DNA from: an uncultured Erysipelothrix sp. | GTDB lineage: Bacteria > Bacillota_I > Bacilli_A > Erysipelotrichales > Erysipelotrichaceae | Reading direction: 5' to 3' | Assembly: GCA_964635335.1 (NCBI GenBank) | Contig: CAZWPP010000001.1 | Location: forward strand, 1 to 39,359 | DNA: 39,359 bases | Part shown: positions 9,135 to 16,306 of the stretch, piece by piece | How the letters are laid out: the number at the start of each line of letters is the position of its first letter | How positions within the stretch are numbered: position 1 is the stretch's first letter | Notes under the pieces: generated by a model | Databases searched by the model: none | Told to the model about the DNA's origin: nothing | Seen by the model: only the letters and a program-made list of their open reading frames with translations | Program-made: the position numbers and the translations under genes

Positions 9135-10271
9135 CTATTTATTTATTTGAGCACTTGATTGAAGACCTTCAGTCATTGCATATTTTAGTTCCGGAAATTC
9201 TTTCAGAGTTTTGAAATCAGCATGATTGAAGTCTGTATCATTTGACTCATCAATTAACCAAAACACATCAATGTGTTGATCAGGGTTCGTAGCGTTATGA
9301 TCCTTGACAAACTGTTTACCGGTTTCATAGTCCATTAGATAAAGAGCAGTAGAGAATAAGTCCCCAAGCGTTGAATCTTTCGTGTAGATTGTAACACTTC
9401 TAAAATGAAATCCTGGCATATATGTTTCCATATCAATTAAATGAGAAAGACGTCGATTGTTTTCATCTTGATACATTCTTTGATAATCACCTGAAGTTAC
9501 GAGTGAACCACTTTCGCTGATATTGAACAACTCAACATTCTTATCTCTAATTAAAGAGGGATAAGCAATACCAACAACCCAAGGTGAGTTATCTGGTTTG
9601 CTATTAATAACTCGAACGTTGCCACCACCGTTGATAATCCCGTATTTTAGTCCTTTGGCTTCAAGGGTAAGAGCTACTTGTTCGACAGCATATCCTTTAG
9701 CAATGCCCCCCAAATCAATGGAAGCACAAGATTCTGTCAGATATAGGGTATTTTTATCATCATCAATTTCTAAATAATCCCAACTGATACAAGCAGCTGC
9801 TTGATTAAGTTCTTCAGTCGTAGGAACTTTTCCTGGTTCATTGTTTTGATTGAGAAGCATTCCTTCTTCACGATAGTTATGCCAGACTTCTAACAGTGTA
9901 CCAGCAACTGGGTTAAACTTCTTCTTTGTGTACTCATATTCTGACTTTGACAAAAGAAGGACATCAATTAAATTCTGATCAACAACAACGGGTTCAAGCC
10001 CAGCTTTGTCATTGACCATTTTCGCATTATTAACACCTTCATAATCGTTATAGATGTCAAAGATGGCATTGTATTTTGAAAATTCTGATTTCATGAGTTC
10101 AAAGTATTCATTGAACTCAGCTTCATTTTCAGTATAAGCAAGAAGAGTTATCCCTGTATTAAATCCTGAAGTTACCGTTGTGTTTTGATAACGTTGGTAC
10201 TCAGGTTTTTTGTTTGTTTGACAACCTACTAATATGAGTAGTGTCAATATAATTTTTATAGTTTTTTTCAT
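9135..10271 (-). CDS. apbE: FAD:protein FMN transferase (ApbE family), lipoprotein
   Basis: The track ORF was trimmed to MKKTIKIILTLLILVGCQT (lipobox, ATG at 10271). ApbE motifs IDLGGIAKGYA and TSGDYQR. Divergent from rnfC. Confidence 0.9.
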   Translation of the reverse strand: MKKTIKIILTLLILVGCQTNKKPEYQRYQNTTVTSGFNTGITLLAYTENEAEFNEYFELMKSEFSKYNAIFDIYNDYEGVNNAKMVNDKAGLEPVVVDQNLIDVLLLSKSEYEYTKKKFNPVAGTLLEVWHNYREEGMLLNQNNEPGKVPTTEELNQAAACISWDYLEIDDDKNTLYLTESCASIDLGGIAKGYAVEQVALTLEAKGLKYGIINGGGNVRVINSKPDNSPWVVGIAYPSLIRDKNVELFNISESGSLVTSGDYQRMYQDENNRRLSHLIDMETYMPGFHFRSVTIYTKDSTLGDLFSTALYLMDYETGKQFVKDHNATNPDQHIDVFWLIDESNDTDFNHADFKTLKEFPELKYAMTEGLQSSAQINK

Positions 10272-10287
10272 AGTATCACCGAATGTG

Positions 10288-10296
10288 ATTATAGCA
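10288..10296 (-). promoter_or_regulatory. Candidate extended -10 promoter for apbE
   Basis: The minus strand reads TGCTATAAT about 17 nt upstream of the ATG at 10271. I found no convincing -35. Confidence 0.4.
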
Positions 10297-10345
10297 TATT
10301 CCTTGACAATATAATACAAAAAGGTATTTCAAAATAAAGTTAGCG

Positions 10346-10354
10346 TGGTATAAT
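10346..10354 (+). promoter_or_regulatory. Candidate extended -10 promoter for the rnf operon
   Basis: TGGTATAAT at 10346-10354, about 50 nt upstream of the rnfC ATG at 10405. The -35 is weak. Confidence 0.5.
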
Positions 10355-10404
10355 ATTAAAGTGTTGTGGAATGTACAACAAATATAAAGAGGAAGGATGA
10401 GGTT

Positions 10405-11694
10405 ATGTCACTATTATTAGGACCAATGCGTAAGCATATACATGGCTATAAAGAATTGACAGATCATAAACCTGTACTAGTTTGTCCAACACCTGAAGTG
10501 GTAGCTATTCCACTTATGGCAATGGGTAATCCAAATGTCGAGGTCTATGTTCAAGAAGGTGACCGTGTCTTAGTTAATCAAAAGATTGCTAGTCGTAACG
10601 ATCACTTTGTAATCCCACTGTTTTCTTCAGTTTCTGGAACCGTGAAAGGATTTAAAGAAGAATTTCATAGTTGGGGTGGAAGAAAGGCAAAACATATTCT
10701 TATTGAAAATGATGGGAAATACGAAGCTGTTGCGCCAACACCATTAGATGACAAGAAGGCAACAAAAGATGAAATCTGTGAACACATCAAAATGATGGGG
10801 ATTGTTGGTTGTGGGGGAGCAGGTTTCCCAGCTTATATGAAATATCAACCGATGAAACAAACAGATGTGTTGATTATTAATGCTGTAGAATGTGAACCAT
10901 ACTTAACAGGGGACTACATTACTGTTAATTCACATCTCGAAGAATTAGTTCATGGAACAAATATTTTACAAAAAGCAGGGAATTGCTCAAGAGTACTTGT
11001 TTGTATCAAAGAAGATAAAAAAGAATCGATTGCGAAACTAAGAGAAGCTTTCAAAGAATATCCTTCAGTAACAGTTCGTCCAGTTCCTAATGTTTATCCA
11101 ATGGGATGGGAAAGAACACTGGTTTATGAAGTCTTAAAGAAACGATATGATCGTTTACCAAGTGAAGTTGGTGCGATTGTTAACAACTCAACTACAGCAA
11201 TTATGGTTAGTCGTGCCTTTAGAAAAGGGACACCAATCACATCGAAAATTGTTACTGTTTCAGGTAATGGAATCAAAGAACCACAAAACGTTGAAGTTAA
11301 ATTAGGGACACCTCTAAAAGATGTATTGGATACTTGTGGTGGTTTAGTGAGTGATGCAGTTCATGTGTTACATGGTGGACCGATGATGGGTAAAGCAATG
11401 ATTAATGATCAAGTAACTGTCAATTTCACTACAAATGCTTTAACAGTAATTATTGAAGAAAAGATTGATCCAATTGCTTGTTTACGTTGCGGAGCTTGTG
11501 TTGAACACTGTCCAGCTGGTTTAATGCCTGTGAAGATTCAAGATGCAGAAAAAGCGAAAAATTTAGATATGATGGCTAAATTGGATGCGAATTCATGTAT
11601 TGAATGTGGATTGTGTACCTATGTTTGTCCTTCAAAAATTGATGTTACTGAAAATGTTCGTCGTGCAAAAAGTGCACTTCGACTTAGAAATTAG
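10405..11694 (+). CDS. rnfC: Rnf electron transport complex subunit C
   Basis: The track GTG start at 10366 lies only about 12 nt after the -10. The ATG at 10405 has RBS AGGAAGGATGAGG. NADH/FMN site GCGGAGFPAYMKY and two ferredoxin motifs, CLRCGACVEHCP and CIECGLCTYVCP. Confidence 0.95.
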   Translation: MSLLLGPMRKHIHGYKELTDHKPVLVCPTPEVVAIPLMAMGNPNVEVYVQEGDRVLVNQKIASRNDHFVIPLFSSVSGTVKGFKEEFHSWGGRKAKHILIENDGKYEAVAPTPLDDKKATKDEICEHIKMMGIVGCGGAGFPAYMKYQPMKQTDVLIINAVECEPYLTGDYITVNSHLEELVHGTNILQKAGNCSRVLVCIKEDKKESIAKLREAFKEYPSVTVRPVPNVYPMGWERTLVYEVLKKRYDRLPSEVGAIVNNSTTAIMVSRAFRKGTPITSKIVTVSGNGIKEPQNVEVKLGTPLKDVLDTCGGLVSDAVHVLHGGPMMGKAMINDQVTVNFTTNALTVIIEEKIDPIACLRCGACVEHCPAGLMPVKIQDAEKAKNLDMMAKLDANSCIECGLCTYVCPSKIDVTENVRRAKSALRLRN

Positions 11695-11706
11695 GGGGAA
11701 CGAAAA

Positions 11707-13104
11707 ATGAATTTTAAATATCGCGTGTCTCCTAGTATTAAAACCAGAAGAACAACATTACAAATAATGAATGAATTAACTCTAGCGTTACTTGCTGTGT
11801 TAATCTTTACATTAGTTTATTATGGTAGTGCATATGGTATGAACTATGTAGTGCATGCTTTAACACTTCTAGGAGCGTCCTTAGCAACAGCATTCGCAAT
11901 TGAATTTGCTTGGGCAAAATTTTATAAAAAAGATGTCAAGAAATTTCTGTTAAGTAGCTATCCATGGGTAACTGTCTTAATACTATTCTTTACATTATCA
12001 ATCAATACTTCAGTTTATGCTATGGTGATTGGTACTGTGGTAGCAATCGTCTTAGGTAAACTATTATACGGTGGTTTCGGACAAAATATCTTTAACCCTG
12101 CTGCAGTAGGACGTGCAGTTATGTTAACTGCTTTTGGAGCAAGAACGGTTGCTGATATGTCTACGTCAGCTACACCAATCTCAACTGTAAATGCACAAGC
12201 ATGGGCAATCGCACCAGGCGGGTTTGACGTTTTTGTTGAACAATTTGGTGGATTAACAGGACTGTTAACTGGATGGCATCCAGGAGCAATGGGAGAAACA
12301 CCATTTCTTCTCTTATTAGTCATTGGAGTTGTTCTAGCATTTAGAAAAGTCATTGATTGGAGAATTCCAGTCTTCTATATTGGAACAATTTTTGGAATTA
12401 CAACAATCATTTCCTTATTCAGTGGAATGGACTTAACTTATGGGCTATTTCACGTTATAACAGGTGGAGCGATGTTTGCGGCTGTCTTTATGTTAACTGA
12501 CCCAGTAACTTCTCCATTACATCCAGTAGGACGTGCTATCTATGCATCGGGAGCAGGGTTTATTACTGTTTTAATTCGTTTATTAGCAAATACTCCTGGA
12601 GGTGTTTTATTCTCCATACTTATTATGAACATGTTAGTACCATTAATAGATTATCTATTAGCTGGTAATCTAATTAAGGTTCAAAAGAAAGCATTAGGAT
12701 CATTGGCTGTTTTATTAGTTGTCTTTGGTTTAACTAGTATCCTACTTGGTAATACAATGAAAGAAGCAGTTGCTTCAACATTAAAAGATGACAAACTCTT
12801 TATTATTGACCAAAAAGAAGAAGGAACATCAAAAACATATACACTCGAAACAAATGGTTTTGCTAATGGTGTAAACAACGTTGTAACTGTAACAATTACA
12901 GATGGTAAGGTTGACAAAGTTGTCTTTGACAAGAATGTGGACTCTGAAGGATATTCAGATCCAGCAACTAAACCTGAGTTCTTAGATTCCTTTAAGGGAT
13001 TAAGTGATGTATCAGCAGTTGATACTTCAACAGGGGCGACATTCACTTCTAAATCTGTTCAAAAAGCGGTCCAATTAGCTTTGGATGCTTTTGGGGGTAA
13101 ATAG
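11707..13104 (+). CDS. rnfD: Rnf subunit D fused to an extra TM helix and a C-terminal FMN-binding domain
   Basis: 465 aa. The RnfD/NqrB core (GFGQNIFNPAAVGRAV; flavinylation motif DMSTSAT, Thr156 at 12172-12174) ends near aa 322. It is followed by a TM helix (aa 329-348) and a 106-aa domain with DTSTGATFTS (Thr445 at 13039-13041). Confidence 0.9.
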   Translation: MNFKYRVSPSIKTRRTTLQIMNELTLALLAVLIFTLVYYGSAYGMNYVVHALTLLGASLATAFAIEFAWAKFYKKDVKKFLLSSYPWVTVLILFFTLSINTSVYAMVIGTVVAIVLGKLLYGGFGQNIFNPAAVGRAVMLTAFGARTVADMSTSATPISTVNAQAWAIAPGGFDVFVEQFGGLTGLLTGWHPGAMGETPFLLLLVIGVVLAFRKVIDWRIPVFYIGTIFGITTIISLFSGMDLTYGLFHVITGGAMFAAVFMLTDPVTSPLHPVGRAIYASGAGFITVLIRLLANTPGGVLFSILIMNMLVPLIDYLLAGNLIKVQKKALGSLAVLLVVFGLTSILLGNTMKEAVASTLKDDKLFIIDQKEEGTSKTYTLETNGFANGVNNVVTVTITDGKVDKVVFDKNVDSEGYSDPATKPEFLDSFKGLSDVSAVDTSTGATFTSKSVQKAVQLALDAFGGK

Positions 13105-14376
13105 ATGAAAAAAGGAAATAATGTACTTAAATTAACTTTATTTTTAGCAGTGATTGCTGCATTGGCAACAGGATTATTAGCACTTGTTAATCAAATGACA
13201 TATCCAGTTATAGAGGCCAATGCTGGGTCTAAAGAAACCCAAGCGTACAAAGATTTATATCCAGATGCTAAATCAATTGAAAAAGTAGAATTTACCGCAG
13301 ATGCAGATGGACATGTTCTTGAAGCGTATAAGATTGATGATACAGCTTATGCTTTTAAAGCAACTGGACAAGGATATTCTGCACCAATTACATTTATTCT
13401 TGGATACAATGTAGATGGTAGTAACGCAAAATTCAAAATGTTACAAATCAATGATACACCAGGTTATGGTATGAAGTTGAATGAAACAGCATATTCTGAA
13501 GAGTATGCAGGCAAAACTACTTCTGATAGTATTCCTGTTGTCTCTGGAGCAACTGATAGTAGTAATGGTGTAAAAACTGCAGCTAATGCAGTTATCTCTG
13601 TCTTTAATTCCTTAACAGGAAATACAGGTGGACCTGTGGATGAACCTAAAGACGATCGTTTAGTTCTTTCAGAATATACAGAAGGAACAATTGTTGATAA
13701 AAAAGTTGAAGGAAATTTAACAACATTTACTGCAACTGGTGAAGGATTTGAAGGAATTAATAAATTTGATGTTGTTGTCAACACAGAGACCATGAGAGTT
13801 GAAGCGATTACTGTTGTAGAGTTTATTAATAGTGATGATTATGGTACTTCTGCAGGTGAACAAGCTTATTTAGATACATTTATAGGGTTTAGTTTAAAGG
13901 GATCAGAAGTTAAGGCAGATGCTTCAAGTGGAGCGACTGTTGATTCTAAGAGTTTAATGCATGTACTCAATGCGATTGCGATTGATTTAGGTGCAGATAA
14001 ACTTGAACCAGAAAAAGAACCAGAGTTTAAGACTTCAGAATTTACTGATGGTACAGCAACTTTAACCAATGAAGAAGGTTCTCTTTTAACTTTTGAAGCC
14101 ACTGCTGAAGGATTTGAAGGAGACAATACTTTTAAAATTGTTTTAAATATCGATACCAAAACAGTGGACTCAATATCCATTGTCGAATTTGTCAATAGTG
14201 ATGAATATGGAACACCTGCTAGTGAAGAAGCTTATCTTGATTCGTTCAAAGGAATTAGTTTTGCGAGTGGTTCAGCAGGAGTGGATGCTGCATCAGGTGC
14301 AACAGTTGACTCGAAGAGTATCTTTCACGCACTAAATGCTGCTATTGAATTAGCTGTAGAAAAAATTGGAGGTTAA
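13105..14376 (+). CDS. rnfG: Rnf subunit G with three FMN-binding domains
   Basis: 423 aa, about twice my recollection of RnfG size. N-terminal membrane anchor, then SGAT sites at Thr150 (VVSGAT), Thr278 (DASSGAT) and Thr400 (DAASGAT). Domains 2 and 3 are a tandem duplication. Confidence 0.9.
   Translation: MKKGNNVLKLTLFLAVIAALATGLLALVNQMTYPVIEANAGSKETQAYKDLYPDAKSIEKVEFTADADGHVLEAYKIDDTAYAFKATGQGYSAPITFILGYNVDGSNAKFKMLQINDTPGYGMKLNETAYSEEYAGKTTSDSIPVVSGATDSSNGVKTAANAVISVFNSLTGNTGGPVDEPKDDRLVLSEYTEGTIVDKKVEGNLTTFTATGEGFEGINKFDVVVNTETMRVEAITVVEFINSDDYGTSAGEQAYLDTFIGFSLKGSEVKADASSGATVDSKSLMHVLNAIAIDLGADKLEPEKEPEFKTSEFTDGTATLTNEEGSLLTFEATAEGFEGDNTFKIVLNIDTKTVDSISIVEFVNSDEYGTPASEEAYLDSFKGISFASGSAGVDAASGATVDSKSIFHALNAAIELAVEKIGG
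13660..14358 (+). repeat. Intragenic tandem duplication of a ~111-aa FMN-binding module in rnfG (period ~122 aa, including a short linker)
   Basis: Unit 1 is aa 186-296 and unit 2 is aa 308-418. They align colinearly (TF.ATGEGFEG.N.F.vV.N..T..V..I.vVEF.NSD.YGT.A.E.AYLD.F.G......DA.SGATVDSKS..H.LNA). Roughly half the residues are identical, and the DNA is clearly diverged. Confidence 0.85.
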
Positions 14377-14377
14377 T

Positions 14378-15037
14378 ATGAGTCAAAATAAACCGAGCAA
14401 AAAAAGTATCTTGACTGCTGGTTTCTTAAGAGAAAATCCAGTCTTAGTACTAATGATTGGGCTATGTTCAACCTTAGCAATTACAACAAATATTAACAAC
14501 GCTTTGGGAATGGGATTGGCTGTAATTTTTGTTTTAGTGGCTAGTAATGTCATTATTTCTTTGATCAGAAATATTACTCCGAAAGAGATTCGCATTCCTG
14601 TGTATATCGTTGTAATTGCGACACTGGTTAAAGTTGTCGAAATGTTCTTACATGCTTATGTTACATCGTTGTACGATGCTTTAGGAACGTTCTTGGGATT
14701 GATTGTTGTTAACTGTATTATCTTGGGTCGTGCAGAAGCATTCGCTAGTAAGAATGGTCCAGTTGATTCCGCATTAGATGGACTAGGCATGGGAATTGGT
14801 TATTCACTTGTTATTATTTTGATTTCTTTAATCAGACAAGTATTTTCTTCAGGACATTTATCATTGTACAATCCTTTGAATTTAGCACCAATCTTTGATG
14901 TTCAACTAATTCCTGAAGGATTTACAATTAGCACGTTTGCGACACCAGCTGGAGCGTTTATAACGTTTGCTTTAGTTATTGCTGCTTCTGTTGCTTACAC
15001 CAATCATAAAAATGCTAAAGTAAAGGGGGTTAAGTGA
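14378..15037 (+). CDS. rnfE: Rnf subunit E
   Basis: The ATG at 14378 follows GGAGG. RnfE/NqrD motifs include the conserved cysteines in IGLCSTLA and VVNCIILGRAEAFA. Ends in TGA. Confidence 0.95.
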   Translation: MSQNKPSKKSILTAGFLRENPVLVLMIGLCSTLAITTNINNALGMGLAVIFVLVASNVIISLIRNITPKEIRIPVYIVVIATLVKVVEMFLHAYVTSLYDALGTFLGLIVVNCIILGRAEAFASKNGPVDSALDGLGMGIGYSLVIILISLIRQVFSSGHLSLYNPLNLAPIFDVQLIPEGFTISTFATPAGAFITFALVIAASVAYTNHKNAKVKGVK

Positions 15038-15612
15038 TGAGTGAATTATTAACACTAGCTTTCGCAGCTATCTTTATCGAAAACGTTGTTCTTTATAACT
15101 TTTTGGGGATGTGCCCACTTCTTGGAACTACTAAAAAGATGAGCAACGCTATTGGTATGAGCTTAGCGGTAATGTTTGTTATTTTCGGTTCTTCCGTAAT
15201 GACTTACGCAATTTACCACTTCATACTAGTAAATGCAAACATTGTTTATATGGACTTGTTGGTGTTCATCCTAGTTATTGCTGCTTTTGTTCAATTTGTA
15301 GAATTATTTATTAAAAAAACTTCTCCTGCACTTTATAGAGCATTAGGAATCTTCTTACCATTAATCACAACGAACTGTGTTGTATTATTTGTGGCTTTAG
15401 AGAATATAAAGAATGGATTTTCTTGGTCAGAAATGTTAGTATATTCTATAGCAGTTCCAGTTGGATTTATGCTGATTATGGTTATCTTTACCGCTATTCG
15501 TGAACGTCTTGATAGTTCTGAGACTCCAGTTTCATGGAAAGGTGCACCAATTGCTTTAATTACAATGGCTGTTATGGCTATGGCATTTGGTGGTCTTGCA
15601 GGAATCATTTAA
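15037..15612 (+). CDS. rnfA: Rnf subunit A
   Basis: The ATG at 15037 overlaps the rnfE stop (TGATG); the track used the GTG at 15034. RnfA/NqrE motifs ENVVLYNFLGMCPLLG and TTNCVVL. Confidence 0.95.
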   Translation: MSELLTLAFAAIFIENVVLYNFLGMCPLLGTTKKMSNAIGMSLAVMFVIFGSSVMTYAIYHFILVNANIVYMDLLVFILVIAAFVQFVELFIKKTSPALYRALGIFLPLITTNCVVLFVALENIKNGFSWSEMLVYSIAVPVGFMLIMVIFTAIRERLDSSETPVSWKGAPIALITMAVMAMAFGGLAGII

Positions 15613-15773
15613 TGGAACTCCTTATTGCATTAGTTGTCATCTTTACAATCTCTGTTTTTTATAGCTATTCACTTTCTGAAAATGGGTTAACACCTGTACC
15701 AGAAGGATGCTCAGATGCATTAATAGAGTGTAAATCATGTAGTGATATAAGTTGTGATCATCAAGGTCACTAA
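15612..15773 (+). CDS. Small Cys-rich single-pass membrane protein (53 aa) inside the rnf operon
   Basis: The ATG overlaps the rnfA stop (TAATG), with AGGA 8 nt upstream. Sequence is MELLIALVVIFTISVFYSYSL..EGCSDALIECKSCSDISCDHQGH (TM helix plus C-x6-C-x2-C-x4-C and two His). It ends 14 nt before rnfB. Confidence 0.6.
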   Translation: MELLIALVVIFTISVFYSYSLSENGLTPVPEGCSDALIECKSCSDISCDHQGH

Positions 15774-15787
15774 GAAAGGAAGATACT

Positions 15788-16105
15788 ATGAATGAAATTT
15801 TAATTCCTATGGGCATAGTAGGGTTATTAGGAGCAATCCTAGGATTGGTCTTAGCGATAGCATCCCAAGTCTTCTATGTAATGGAAGATCATCGACTAGC
15901 TAGAGTTTCAGAACTTCTACCAGGTTATAACTGTGGTGCTTGTGGTTATCCAGGCTGCGCTGGACTAGCAGAAGCGCTAGTTACCAAAGAAACAAAATCA
16001 GTTAAACTTTGTAAACCAAGCAATCAAGACCAAAGAAATTCTATTGTTGAATTTTTAGCAAATAACGCTGGACCAGATGGAGATACAATTCAAGTACTAG
16101 GATAA
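15788..16105 (+). CDS. rnfB: Rnf subunit B, short form (N-terminal Fe-S domain only)
   Basis: 105 aa. TM helix plus LPGYNCGACGYPGCAGLAEAL...C (C-x2-C-x4-C-x17-C). No CxxCxxCxxxCP ferredoxin repeats. RBS AAAGGAAG. Confidence 0.85.
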   Translation: MNEILIPMGIVGLLGAILGLVLAIASQVFYVMEDHRLARVSELLPGYNCGACGYPGCAGLAEALVTKETKSVKLCKPSNQDQRNSIVEFLANNAGPDGDTIQVLG

Positions 16106-16132
16106 GAATTAACTTCGGTTAATTCTTTTTTT
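16106..16132 (+). terminator. Rho-independent terminator of the rnf operon
   Basis: GAATTAAC-TTCG-GTTAATTC followed by TTTTTTT, immediately after the rnfB stop. Confidence 0.9.
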
Positions 16133-16142
16133 AGTTTATTTT

Positions 16143-16170
16143 AAATAAAAAAAGAACTCAAACGAGTTCC
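16143..16170 (-). terminator. Terminator downstream of tRNA-His
   Basis: The minus strand reads GAACTC-GTTT-GAGTTC followed by TTTTTTTTATTT. Confidence 0.7.
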
Positions 16171-16182
16171 TGAATTTACAAA

Positions 16183-16260
16183 TGGGGTGATCGACGGGAC
16201 TTGAACCCGCGCGTGCCGGAGCCACAACCCGGTGCGTTAACCAACTTCGCCACGACCACC
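16183..16260 (-). tRNA. tRNA-His (anticodon GUG) with encoded G-1 and CCA
   Basis: The reverse complement GGTGGTCGTGGCGAAGTTGGTTAACGCACCGGGTTGTGGCTCCGGCACGCGCGGGTTCAAGTCCCGTCGATCACCCCA folds as a cloverleaf. Anticodon loop TTGTGGC, T-loop GGTTCAAGT, and an extra 5' G pairing with C73 (a His identity feature). Confidence 0.95.
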
Positions 16261-16277
16261 ATTTCAAGTGCCAATAT

Positions 16278-16306
16278 ATAATAACTCAAAGATGGAAATT
16301 TGTAAA
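16278..16306 (-). promoter_or_regulatory. Sigma-70-type promoter for tRNA-His
   Basis: The minus strand reads TTTACA-17 nt-TATTAT, ending about 17 nt upstream of the tRNA 5' end. Confidence 0.6.

Noticed and set aside
13660-14358. The rnfG internal repeat as an assembly artefact or a recent duplication
   Set aside because: The two units differ at roughly half of the amino-acid positions and throughout the DNA, and both keep an intact frame and SGAT motif. That is inconsistent with a collapsed or expanded assembly repeat.
12015-15608. Six antisense ORFs of 70-121 aa inside rnfD, rnfG, rnfE and rnfA (12015-12353, 12681-13046, 13464-13793, 13866-14195, 14383-14595, 15333-15608, all on the minus strand)
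   Set aside because: Each lies wholly within a strongly supported Rnf gene on the opposite strand. They have low-complexity Ser/Pro/Thr/Val-rich translations and no RBS. They are shadow ORFs.
15534-15611. First 26 codons of track ORF 15534-15773, which would make it a 79-aa protein
   Set aside because: This part is out of frame inside rnfA and has a nonsense-like composition. The ATG at 15612, which overlaps the rnfA stop, gives a coherent protein with a TM helix and a Cys-rich tail.
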